Part shown: positions 28,101-40,323 of the stretch, piece after piece | Layout of the letters: each line of letters opens with the position of its first letter | Numbering within the stretch: position 1 is the stretch's first letter | From: Lingula anatina | Lineage: Eukaryota > Animalia > Brachiopoda | Reading direction: 5' to 3' | Assembly (NCBI GenBank): GCA_051362555.1 | Contig: CM120641.1 | Location: forward strand, 14,136,001 to 14,200,000 | DNA: 64,000 nucleotides | The notes under the pieces: model-generated | Databases searched by the model: none | Seen by the model: only the letters and a program-made list of their open reading frames with translations | What the model was told of the DNA's origin: nothing | Position numbers and translations under genes: made by a program

Positions 28101-29125
28101 TTTCCTTGTGGAAAAAATGAAGTGATATACCAAATTCATAAAAGTTCATTTAAATTAGTCTCAATATATTGTGGAAATATTTACCACTGTTTCTTCTGAG
28201 ACATGCTACATAACAAACAATGAAAATAAAAAAAAGCTTGTCTAATAAGACCAGTGTCCAATGTAAGTTTTCCTATGCCAATTTAAGTCAGTCTGGGGTG
28301 ACGTTGAGCTGAGAAGAATAGGGAGTAGTGCAGGGAGCACTTTTTAAATTGCATTAGACATAACAATTAAGTTACCTGAAGTGAAAACCAATCAAAATAC
28401 TCATAACAATATCTTGAATTTATCTTTCTGATTTCAGTATAAGCAAACCAGTATGCCTAATGATATTAATAAATAATAAATAATTGCAAAATTAATTTTT
28501 TGTTGTAATGGGTTATTTTTTAAACAAAAAAGCACTAAACTAAATTTATAGCTTTGGGCAATACAACTGTTTAAAACTTTACAGATAGACCAAAATGATA
28601 TATGAAGCCCTCAAAAGCCAGGTCAGGCCAAGTGCCCAATACAAAATTAAGTGGAGTGTCTATGTTGAGTAAGTTGCAAATGTATTGACACATCCTGAAT
28701 TTTGTCATGCTCTCTCAATCACAGCGGGCATCGGCTCATTGCCCTCGTTCAGTGTACCAGCGGTTGTCATAATCATTCGGTTACTCTTTTACAGTGTATC
28801 TAGACCACAGTAAAGCAATCAAAACCTTCAATAAACTTCTGTGTTTTATCCATGCAGGGGTAACTGTGACATGAGTATCACGTTCAAACTTGCACTTAGT
28901 GCAATCAAACCAAGTTTACTCAGAAGTTGGAAACTTACTTTGGAGCATGTACTCCAACTTGCGCCGATCAACGCGAAACCGCTCTTCGTAGACATCCGAG
29001 TCTCGGTCCAACGCTTCGTCTAGGTCTCCCTGAGATGGTGAGCCGCAGCTCTCCGCATCCGGCTCGTATGAGGACGGCTGTGACTCTTTCATTCTTCCGA
29101 CGAGCTCGGAAACTGCCTCCGCCAT
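6319..29125 (-). CDS. BICC1: Protein Bicaudal-C homolog (KH/KH-like RNA-binding domains plus C-terminal SAM domain), about 931 aa, 22 coding exons
   Basis: Exons in transcription order: 29125-28939, 22230-22184, 20587-20518, 17042-16963, 16135-15977, 14406-14353, 14126-13887, 13715-13503, 13331-13274, 13099-13026, 11537-11375, 11032-10880, 10725-10576, 10348-10235, 9987-9789, 9641-9469, 8869-8715, 8476-8447, 8202-8088, 7827-7679, 7372-7273, 6431-6319. All introns are GT-AG with matching phases; total 2796 nt. Motifs EERFRVDRRKLE, WPSKLKIGAKSKKDPHIKV, SHVIGKGGNNIK, MIGRGGMNVK, IKPKPKQPSK, WAGLGFSKSMP, SAM ([33 protein letters not shown]) and the terminal SGRW match BICC1. Confidence 0.97.
6713..6884. 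mobile_element. Foldback/MITE family A, copy 1 (imperfect palindrome)
   Basis: Arms such as GATGTCTG..GCCTACTAAAGCTG / CAGCTTTAGTAGGC..CAGACATC and outer ATCTCCA/TGGAGAT. Shares sequence with 19138-19355. Confidence 0.7.
7273..7827 (-). CDS. BICC1: Bicaudal-C SAM-domain exons (7827-7679, 7372-7273)
   Basis: Spliced translation ...[56 protein letters not shown] is a canonical SAM fold. It is not visible in the ORF track. Confidence 0.95.
9020..9108. repeat. 40-bp tandem duplication (about 2.2 copies) in a Bicaudal-C intron
   Basis: ATT[C/A]ATTTTAAAAAATGTAAATAAATGAAAAAAGGAAC[A/T]A repeated at 9021 and 9061. Confidence 0.9.
11249..11280. repeat. Poly-A run (about 32 nt)
   Basis: Read directly from the sequence; intronic. 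Confidence 0.9.
13152..13184. repeat. (TA)n microsatellite followed by a poly-T run
   Basis: Read directly from the sequence. Confidence 0.95.
15694..15713. repeat. Poly-G run (20 nt)
   Basis: Read directly from the sequence; intronic in Bicaudal-C. Confidence 0.9.
17856..18111 (-). CDS. BICC1: Putative alternative first coding exon of Bicaudal-C (85 aa, P/Q/N/M-rich)
   Basis: ATG at 18111 with an in-frame stop shortly upstream, 85 open codons, and a donor CCA A|GTATGT in phase 1 that matches the phase-1 acceptor of exon 4 at 17042. Confidence 0.6.
19138..19355. mobile_element. MITE family A, copy 2, with 21-bp perfect terminal inverted repeats
   Basis: AGACTGCATTCCCACAGATTT ... AAATCTGTGGGAATGCAGTCT. 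Internal ATGTCTGTCCCGCCTACTTAAAGCTG and GCAATTTAGCGTGAATCCCCAGGGAG are near-identical to copy 1. No clear target-site duplication. Confidence 0.8.
26118..26287. mobile_element. MITE family A, degenerate copy 3 (reverse orientation)
   Basis: GCACACGATAGTCAATTACCCCCTAGCTG..AGGCATGTCAGAC aligns to the reverse complement of about 19221-19272. Boundaries are approximate. Confidence 0.5.
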
Positions 29126-29355
29126 GGCATTCTGTCGTGTTGTTACTAGACCTTAGTACAGTCCAGTATGCAGCGTTCCTACGCGGTTCTTGTCGTCTGT
29201 ACACAAACAATGCAATAATAAATCAGAAAATTACTGCATTAAGTTTCCTTGTATTTAATCAACATATAACCTCTTAATGTTGTGAGCAGTTAATAATTAC
29301 ATTAACCAGTTCAGATAAGTATTAAATGAAGTAATTTAGTCAAAGAACTTTTTAC

Positions 29356-29430
29356 CGGAAATAGATCCTCACAGGTGCCCGAAGGTCGCGCATGAATCGA
29401 TGACATATTTCTGAAAACTGTCTGCTACGA
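29356..29430 (-). other. BICC1: Probable non-coding 5' exon of Bicaudal-C (upstream boundary uncertain)
   Basis: Donor CCG|GTAAAA at 29355 and acceptor TTGTTTGTGTACAG| before 29196 flank an AT-rich 159-nt intron-like segment, with CpG-rich sequence on both sides. Confidence 0.45.
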
Positions 29431-29589
29431 GCGGACTGGTGCACCATAATGTACATAAGCGGCATGTCCTTACGTAATAGAAAAATTAGTAGGGACGGCT
29501 TATTTTGACATTAATTACCTATTGTATACATCATATTTGTTTTATATGTATTTTTTGTCAAAGGAATAAAAAATTAAGTCTCCCCATGC

Positions 29590-29660
29590 AATTATAAAGT
29601 CCAAATTATTTGAAGGGGGGGTCGACCCCCCCCCCTTCAAATAATTTGGACTTTATAATT
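29590..29660. repeat. Near-perfect 71-bp DNA palindrome
   Basis: AATTATAAAGTCCAAATTATTTGAA-G7-TCGA-C10-TTCAAATAATTTGGACTTTATAATT. Confidence 0.95.
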
Positions 29661-29661
29661 C

Positions 29662-29866
29662 ACCCCACCCCCACCCCCTTGGCGTGGGGTTCGGGGCCCT
29701 GAATAATTTTGGTATTTTAGAGGGCGAACGGTGCCATTTGGTACAGTTTAGAACTATGATCCAGCTAGTCAAAATTTTAATTTCAAGAGGGGACCATTGG
29801 TGTGACTTATTTTTTCAGAAATTGAGGGGGGCAGCGCCCCCCCAACGCCCCCTAAATCCGCCACTG
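29662..29866. mobile_element. Truncated G/C-tract MITE ending in ...CCCCCTAAATCCGCCACTG
   Basis: The terminus is the reverse complement of CAGTGGCGGATTTAGGGGG, a style of TIR common in animal MITEs. The other TIR is not found and is replaced by the palindrome at 29590-29660. Confidence 0.5.
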
Positions 29867-32795
29867 AAATACGCCCCACAGCATTGAAGTTTTTGACAAT
29901 TAAAACACGTAATTATGAAAACTCATTTTAGAGGAATATGTGCAAACTCACCAATCAATAGTGAAAAATTAGTGTGGTCACCCCGTCACTAAAGCATAGG
30001 CCTATTTCAAACTTTCATAACGATGGTTTCATTATTAAGGTCATAAAATCACAAAAATGAAAAGTGAAATATATTACTAGCAAGTAAAATTTCAACCAGA
30101 GAAATACAGCGTTTGGCCTCGACAATCTTTGGAGCATTCGCTTGCAGAAACTCGGTAGGCCTACTTTTTTTGTCACATGCGTGATGCGCGCGGTTAGGAA
30201 AATTTCCATTGACAGCATGATTGCAAACATCACAAAGTGCGTGTCGACTGTCCGTATTTCACGATGCACAACGTGTTAACACGTTTACAATGATGTCACC
30301 CGATGCTACTGTCCGATACTCTGAGACCATAAAACCACTGCATTTCGACCGAAATACCTCTGAAAGAAGACACTAAAATAACCCCGTGCGTGTTACTGCT
30401 GATTGGCACCAGTATTTTAAGTGCATAAAAGCGGACGTTATCGCCCAAAAATGCATATGCAATAATGCAACTTGGACACGTAAAGATTCCAGTTTGAGAA
30501 CTGTTGTTTGTTTAAGTAATTTGATGCTTTTTTTTTTCAATTTTTTCTCACACAAAAACAGTTTTGAAAATGAAATTACGTTTATTCAACGGATTGATTC
30601 CCAGCGTCTAGAAGTGAAGGCCTAAACGTCTGAAAATATGTTAAGATTTTGTATACCACATGCAGCTTTCAAGAAAGAGACGTACTGTGCCTACCATAAA
30701 GAAATAGCAATTTGAAATTTGATTTGAATAAGCCATAACTTCTTTCTCGATGTACAATGGTGGCGTGATCAGTGAAAAGCGTTTTAATATTTGTGAAATT
30801 TGTGATCACATGACGTGACAATACGCAAATAAATCTTTAATGATTAAATCTGAAAATCATAGAAAATCATTTATAAGAGTCTTTGCCACCATAGGATTTT
30901 AGATAACACTTCCTATTCTTTTCTATAAATCGACATTAACCAGCATGGAGCTGTATTATATAAACGTTCGCTTTTCTTTCACAGGACAATCACGACAATT
31001 CTGAGCCCAGCAAGACGTACAAAGAGAGCGGTAGCTCGAGAGGTGAAATTGCAGCACATAATGGTAGCTCCTCGACATGCGATTTCTATTGTATTGCTCT
31101 TACTTCTGTGTCCACTCCTTGATGTGCTAAACTGCTGCAAGTAGTCTGCGAAACCGCAACTCGGTGACCAGAGTGCGATGACGGCCAGCGCTGGTAAATA
31201 TTACACGCGATCCTCCGTTTCCTTTTCATTATTGACATTGGATAGCGGACAGGGAACACGAACTGTGATATCGTGTTCAACTTGAAACACGAGATCTTGA
31301 CCACTTATGCGATGATCTCAAAATGTAGACTGTTGTCCATTAAAAAAAGTGCAAAAGCACAAACGAAAACAACAAGACCCCACCCACAATCACCGCTCAT
31401 TTTTTAGAACTTTTTTAAAGTAAGGCCAGCAACTTTTCGGTGTATTTTAAGTATGCTGTAATTGTGAAAATGTTATTAAAGATCAGTCTTGTTCTGCTCA
31501 GGGAATTATATCGGATATATATATATCCGATATAATTCCCTGTTCTGCTATTGTGTAATGTTTTTTTATGTTGAAAAAGTGACCTGATGAGATCACTATT
31601 GGATTTTTTCCCCAAAATCAGTAAATAAGTTCAATGTTGTTTCAAGGTACATTTAATAACAACAAAAGTCAAGATATTGTATTATGACGCCAGACACACA
31701 AGACTTGTTATTCGAGTACAGTTTTTATTTCAGATTAAACATGCCGTCAAGATACGCTGATGCAAAAAAGTATAATCTTCCGACAACAAACTGCATATAA
31801 CTCTTATTGTTGCTGCCAGATCTTATAACATCAAGTAAATTTAAGCAGACCTAAGGCAAACAATAGGCTCTCCTCTGCAAAAGGTGATTAAACTGTAACC
31901 CCAGTGTGGTATTACAATTTACTGCAACTTCCTACCTTGGCCATTTCCTGTCAATTACTCTTAGGTAAACACTGACACAACTGGACCAGTCTCCTGAAGC
32001 TTATAATTCATTTTCAGTTGAATAGATTGATAGCTTTGGAATAGGGTTCAAACCATTTAATATTTCTGACAAAATAAATAAATAATAATAACAATTATGA
32101 CAAAAAAAATGAATATTTGATAGGTGATAATTCCTCCAATCAAGAGATTATTTCAGACATGTAAGGGCAGTTAATTAAAAAAGAATGCAGGTGATAAGAT
32201 CCTTTACGTATCACACCTTGCTTATACTACATCCGAAAGAAGAAAAAATTGCTAGATTTATTAAATAAATGGGGTAAGGCTATTGAGCCGGGCTAAAAAC
32301 AATTTCAAAAATAAACTATCAAAGTGAAAAAAAATCAACACATTTACTTAACCTCTTTCTGTTTCACCAAGCCAGTTTCCAGAAAAAGTCCCATGTTGCC
32401 TTTTATACCCTTTTGTTAACATTGAGCCCACACACATCAGTCCTTAAAGTTAATGATACCACTAGCACTTTGTTGATCACTTGGTATTTGACATCTTCCT
32501 ACTAGTAGGTATGTTCCGAGTTCACCGTTTTCTGAATATCTTGCATGTGGAATCTAATTATTTCTTTATCCTTTGTACACTAGACAGGTACTTGAACCTC
32601 CAGTTCTTTTCTTTTGTAAGTACCCCGCCCCACTGATAATACTAATTTACAGGGTATGATAAAATTTCCTGATAAAATTTCAAGAACTTTTTCATAAAAA
32701 AATGTATAAATATAAAGTTTATTGTAATAATTTCGTAATTACTCTGCCATATTTACCAGTAAAAAATTAAATAGCATTTGAGTGATTTATGATCA

Positions 32796-35700
32796 TTAAG
32801 AGTCAAGAGCACTCAACATATCAGAATCACTAACTTCCTCACCAAAATCTAGTAATTGCCTATTATCTGTAAGTGTGTTTATACTACCAGTATTTTCTTT
32901 ATTCAGCCTTGAATGAGACATTTCTGCCAGCATAAGTTCAGCATCTGATAACTCATAACACTGAGGATCAAATGAATTTGCAAGGGTATTACCAAAATGT
33001 ATATTTTCAAAATAAGGTGCCAGTTCATTTTTCTTTTGCTTAGCCACCACGTCACATGCATTTGGATTTGCATAATATGACTCCTCTGCCTCAATTCCAG
33101 CTTTAAAAAGTTCTATGTCATCAACCTCATCCCCATCTAGTGTGTCTTGAAAAAGTGCTGCTGGGAGGACCTCGTGTGGTAAGGAAAAATCTACAAACAA
33201 AAGAGAAGCAATTTTCTGTCATAAAGGATATCTTAAAGATATTCCAATGCCTAAAGCAAAATGGGTTTATTATCGAAAGAAAGGTAGGGGACTGAACTTG
33301 TCACTCACCAAGGTAAAGAAAACACTGAAAAGTAAATATATGCTAACAAAGGGGCAAAAAAATCATAAATGACAGTTCTGGCATAATGAGGTGCAATTTC
33401 AGTTGAAGATAACACCTGTGGGAAAAATTTTCAACATATTTCAGATATTAAAGCTAGTTCTGATAAACAACCACTTTGAGAATAAATAAATAAATAAATA
33501 AACACATTTTGAATGAAGATAATATAGTAGCTGCTGCCTTCATAAATATCTACAAAAAGGTTTTTCTTTGACAAGAAATAAAGCATATTTTAAAGCATAT
33601 GAGGTGGATGAGAGGAAGATGTACTGGGGAGTTGGACAGGAGGTAGCTTTGTTGGTGCCATGGTCCCTATCTTCTTGCATAGCCCACTTAAAATTTGATA
33701 ACAATGGTACCAGTGGCCTGGTCCCCCAATTTTTCTATCAAATTGCCCATGCACTACAGAAAAGTAGTAAGCCAAGTGTAATTGACCACTTCATTATGTT
33801 AGTACAAATTCTAAATGTCCCCCTATCAATTGCAATCAGCTAGAATTGCTATAATTTGGTTCTTTAATATGCAATTTTTCACTATATTTTTATACTCTAA
33901 CATAGAAGGGTAAATTCAAAGCAATGTAAGCCTTTAATTTTGATCAGACTGTCTGTTGCAATATATTGTTTAATATTTCAAATAATGCCAAAAGAGGCAA
34001 TATGATAAATCAAAGGGTGCTTTTTTTTTCAAATATTTGATTATATTAGGATGAAGAGATATCAATCCATTACATAGGCAGACATTCTGAATCTATTTAC
34101 CAACTTACTTTGAGATCTATAGTTTAGTGCCCTGCACTCTGGATCATGACATTTCTGATAATAAACTCCCTTTTTAAGATCAGCAATGATCCTGAAAAAA
34201 TTAAGTATACATGTACCAATAATAAAATGTAAAATAATCATTTATTTGATACACAAACACAATACTTAATGTAAAAGTTCAGAAACAAGGACTGCCTTCT
34301 GAGTGCATACATTTTTTATCACCAGCAAAAAAAAATTTGAAAATGGGACAATTTTACCAGTCTGTGATGTTAGCCACTAGTCCGATGCTTGTGGCCAGTA
34401 AAATTTCATGTGGACCAGATTTTTCCAGAATGTGTGAATTTAGTGGTACCAAATGTCCAATATATTTTTTAATGCTGATTAACTAATCATTATAAGGTAT
34501 GGCTGTTATTGTGCTAAGGTGTTTTTTACCTGTTGAAATGCCTAGAAGGTTTTTTTTTTACCAATTAGCCTCATAGGTGTAGACAGCAATGGGTTTGAAG
34601 GGTAACTCAGTTACCACTGCAGGTAAAGTCACCAAAACCATGCAGTTATTGACAATGGCGGGAAGAACATCACATTGCCACATATTTTTAAAAACATCTT
34701 TTAATCTGATAATAAATGGTCTTGTTTATAAAGGTACACTGATAACTGCTCTTTGCTACATTTTTCTCAGCTTGTCAAAATTTTCTGCAGCTGCCCCCCC
34801 CCCAATCACCCTTGGATCTACCAGACAGACTTACATGATGTTATTGCTCCTATGTTGTCTCTGTACATTATCACACCATCTATACTTCCCTATATCATAA
34901 GTCAATGTTTCTCCTTGAGAGAAGTAGGCCCAGCGCCTGATGTAGCCTTGCAGCCCATCTCTCTTTATCACATTATTGCTTATGAAATTATCAACTTCTG
35001 GATAAGGTGAATGACTGTAACCTTCCACAGATTCCAGACCTGAAACAAAAATATTGATCTGATAGTTATGAAGTACATTTCTGAACATTTCACAACTGTG
35101 TATAACCAGTTCTCTTTTTGCCAAAAGGATTAAAGCTGCTACAAGAGACCACGGTGTTCCAGTATAGGTGGCCCTGCTCAATGTGAAAAGGTGCTCCACA
35201 GATTTAGTCACAGTTTATAATATTTTTATTCATATCAGTTTATGGTACAGTTAACTGAATAATTACTAAAAATAACTTTTTTCAGATAAAAATATTCATG
35301 GTTTATACCTTTTGTGAACTGAATGAACTATGAATGTCCCTGGGTATTAAAGCCCTGGTGAAGGTACAGAATCAGTGCATGTTACTTGGTCTTTTAGTCA
35401 TATCTTTTCTTGCATTAACAGCCCTCTTATACCATGTTTGAACATGTATCCATTAAGTGTATACAAACCAGTTCATGAGCAGTCAAATGAAAAATTAACT
35501 AAAAAATTCAAACAGTCCCACCTTGTCAATTTGTACGTGTTCTTTCTATGTCAATACCTGAAGCAGGTATTGTTTGAGGTAAGAATACAAGCCCCATAGG
35601 ATTTCTCTCTTTGGTGCAATGACGCACACATCTATTCCCTATTGATCTAGTTACTATGTCACTAAAGGCATTGAGTGTGATTGCACTGGATATTGACACC

Positions 35701-38700
35701 CACTGAGATAATCTAACTTCCTACATATTCTGAGAACTGATGGCTGAACAAGGCTTTATCCTGTTTTTCAAACTGAATACATTGGTTACAAATCAAATAT
35801 TATGACTTTGAGACATAAAGGATGTTGAAGTCAGAACGCAGAAGCTATTTTCTTTTTTTTTTGGCTCTGTTTAGTTACTGCTGTCTGTAACTGTGATGCA
35901 AATGAAAAATTTCTTGATATGACGTATGTTCACAGAGGGACTGCAAAATACAGTTTTGTGGCATATTCATGTCCTTACTTTGTAGCAAACAAATAAAAAG
36001 AAAAAAGAGTGCAACAGTGCCTTTGTCACTTAAGCTTTTCTCTCAAAAGTAAAGACTACTGCAGTTGTAATTCAGTTATGCACACAACAAGTTTTATTAT
36101 TTGCACATCAATATTAGGAAAATATAATAAGACGGTTGGAATAAGTAGATCCCCAAAATTACACTCTTGCACATAATTTTGGACTAAAAAATGCATTTAA
36201 TTTAATTTTTACCTATTGGTGATTAAAAAAACTTTTCTACTTAAGAATTACTTGATGTAAAGGAGTTAGTAAGGCCTTGCAGGCCCGTAGCCAGCAATTT
36301 CAAAAGGGGGGTTCTTTTTCTGAAAAAGTGGACCTGTTTCCATAAAAACTTCATTGCCTAGATCAAATTTTGCCCAGAGTGGACCTTTTCCCAGCAAAGG
36401 GGGCAGTTCTTTCGAACCCCCCGAACCCCCCCTGGCTACGGGCCTGTCTTGTGTTTTAAACAAAAATCATGCTACATTTACAACAACATATAGCCATAAT
36501 TCATAAGATCTAAAACAAATCTACTTACATTTCCCAAAACAATTAAAAGTGATAGAAGTCAAGCAATTTGACAATTCCAAAATGCCAGTTTGGTTAAAGT
36601 AAGAAAGCATGTTTATATGGATAACAGAAAATAGTAAATCTTGGATAAATATAATTTTGAAATAATGACAGAATCTGTAATTATTGTGACAACTAAGATT
36701 TTTTAACCTTGTTTACAAACCTTTGTAATCTGCACTTGGCTCTCTTTGCCTGGATCGTGATACTGGGCAAGCAGTATCCTCACAGTTGAGGATTTTTACC
36801 TGGTTGGAAAACCTTAAAAAAAGAGAAAAAAAAAAACATTTTTCCAACAAAACTGTAACACATATACAGTAACACAGAAATAAAATAATAATTAAAAAAA
36901 CTCATTATTTCTGGTGGACTGAGATATTTGTGAGTCTTTACTAACTCCTTTACATCACAGTAATTCAAACGATCACATCACTATTTACTGGTACTGTTGC
37001 AATGTTTATATTTTAACTTTAAAAAGTTAACAAAAAGCTTCATTCATAACTGAAGCACAAAGCAGAGGAACATTGGTTACCCAACATTGTTTATCAGTGA
37101 ATCCAAGAACAATTCATATGATGGCACATCACTGTTTGCAAGATGAGGCTTGTACTGATTTCTTTTAGAAATCTTCAGAGGGTTGTTCTTCATATATTTA
37201 CTGGAAAGATACAGCCTGAAGTTCCTGTTCTTAGTGTAAACAGCTAAAATAACAAATACAAGGAATAAGTTTAAAAATTCAGAAAAAAATCTGATACTTG
37301 TGTCTGATACTTGTGGTAAAAGATGGTGACTTAATAAAAACAACCTAAACAACCTAGTCATTTTGCCATGACTGGTTTTAAATTATATCATTTTGCTATA
37401 ATGGAATGTTTAAAACTTGCAAAGTATGGATACAAAGCATTTTCAAATAAAATGTACACTGGCACATTTCATCTCATGGCAAAGATATGAAATATGTTAA
37501 CTGGGAAAATTTAATTTTAGCCAACTATGATTTACAATTTTTAAAGAAAATTGCTACATAAATACTGGAGTTACACTCAAGATAGAGAAAAATATTGCTC
37601 TTAACCGAAGATTCAAATTTTCTTTTTATTTTTTTATACTAGTCTGAACTGCAAAAAATGCAGTTTGTCATTTATAGATAAAATACTTACCCAAATCACA
37701 AAACAAAACTCTGTTTTCATGTTTATCCAGCACCAGTAAATTGAACAATTCCTCTTTACATATGCCAAGTTTTTTAGAGTCCTGTACAGAACATTCACTG
37801 TGCAAATGACTTGAAGCAGCTTCAACACATCTTTCATCATCATTAAAAATTGTTGAGAGACTGCTTTCTTTGGTTCTCTCTAACCCTTTCTGAGGAGATT
37901 TTCTTGGTAATAACCTGTTATCACAGATGACATCTGCTGGTTTTCCAGGTAAGTTAATGTCATCAACTGTAAGATCTGTAGACTTCCCAGGTATTGAGCT
38001 GTCACTTGGAGCCCGGTGTGACACCTTTCCAGGATACTTTACAGAATATTCACTCCCCCCAACAGCAATATATGAACTTATTGTATGACCATCACATGAA
38101 ACCAGTGGATCCATTTTTTGCTTTTTGTAAACTTCTTTTATCTCTGAATGACCAGCATTAGTTTGATCACCGTCTTGCGTATTTTGGTATAAGTCAGTTG
38201 TTGTCTTAGGAGCATCACTGATCATATATGACTGTTTTTCATTGCTTTCTGCACACATGTCTATTAACTTCTTACAAATTTTACGCACAAAATGCCCTTG
38301 AATAATAAAAAAAAAAACACCTTATAAAGTAAAATCTCTTAATGCACAGTTTTCAGTAAACATTTGCAGCTCAATATTCAGCCCATGGTTACAGAAAAAT
38401 CAATCCACAACAAAATTTTTAACTTTATATAATGTTTTGATAAAAATTTGATAACATTCAACAATTTCTACCTTTTAAGATCTGTATAATAAAGCAACAA
38501 CAAATACATCAGATACATATATTTTGAATATATGCTTCTTTAATTACTTCTTGGTGTTTAATTATTTAACCTTAAATAATTTAAGAATTCAATATCAAGA
38601 AAGGACATGTGAAATCATACAAAACATTGAATATGTACATAAAACTTTGTAAAAAAAAAAGAAGAAGACAGAAATAAAGAAAGAATTAGCACCTGCATGG

Positions 38701-40269
38701 ACATTATTTCTGAAGACAGCACCTGGGAGTTGGAAAATCAAATGGGAGCTGAACTTTTCTGTGGTGCTGAAAAAAGAAAAGATTTATGTTACAATAAGCT
38801 ACAATATAAGAATATACCAGTACTTCACAGATTTAAAAGCAAATCTGATAAAACTTTTATTTTACAATATGTTTCTTTAAAAAAACATTTTATAATATTA
38901 AATAAAATCATATGTTCTTTAAAAATAATTTCTTTGCATTATAATGGTAAGTCAAACATGGCTGCTGTATATATATTTATATGTACTTTATGTATATGTT
39001 ACTCAAAATTCAAGTTTATCCCAGGCAAAAGTCTAAAGTTCTTCATATACAATACATTCAACATGGTATCACCTGGCATCTAGATCAAGCACCATACTTC
39101 TGTCACAGTATACACCAAACATAGTGTCCAAATGAAAGCACACAAACTGAAAGGAAACACAAGTAAACGAAATTATATGAAAGATATAAAAGTATACTAT
39201 CCTTGATAGTTAATATTATACATACAGAATATCTAAATATACCAGTAAGTGGTCTGGAGGGCCAAGAGGGACACTGATAGGTTAATTGGTCAATGATTAC
39301 AACTCAGCGTTACAACATCAGTGCACGACCAGTTAGTCCTAGGGAAGGCTCATGAGTAGAACCGTAAATTAGATGGTAAGAAAATATTTAGCTGAAAACT
39401 AAAAACTGTGGAATGATTAATTCCACAATCCATGTATAACTACCGGACTAATGAACTTTTTTAAGAAGGAACTCTTGTATTTCCATCATTCCTCCTATTA
39501 ATTACTATAAAGATAATGAGACAATCAGTTGAGATAGTATAAGTTAATGTTCTAAATCTACATGTACCCCTGGCCCTAGTATCTGTCAATATCTGATTTT
39601 TTTACAAAAATAAATACTTTCTTCGGGAACAGATTTAAAAGTCTGTATGCAAAGAATGTGGTGATGTTTTAAGTATCTTTTACAAATTGAGTCAGTGTCC
39701 TAAAATGGTACTTTAAAATTCTCATTCTACCTTGATAAAGCTGTCCACCATTACATCTCCATCCTTTGAAGGATTCAACCTTTTGTTGAATTCCAAATCA
39801 AAGTACAGCTTACACACTGCTCCTAAAATATTACAAATAAGACTGATCTGAGGTAAGCGGTGCTCATATTTATAACATAGGAAAACAAAAAAAAAGTCCA
39901 ATTACATGCAATACTCCCTTAAAGTCACACTGAAAAATGAAGTGTACAAAGTGAGACATCATGAGAATAGGCAATCAATCAAGCAATCCATTATAGGCCC
40001 ATTCTTAGCATAAAGGGTTCTAAAGAACCACCCTTAGAGCAGGAAAATGTCTACTCTGAATAAAAAATGTTCTACTGATACATTCTGTGCCATTTCTCAA
40101 TTTGGGTCAACTAAAAAGGAAAAAGGTCCATTATTCCCCAATAAGAATCCCCCTTTAAAACTGCTGGCTACAAGCCTGCATAAAAATAGACAAACCTTCA
40201 GGTATGATCTCGTAGTGCAGCCTCTTTGATTCTGGCAGCTGCCTACAAAATTGAATAGTCTTATTTAAC

Positions 40270-40323
<54 letters not shown>

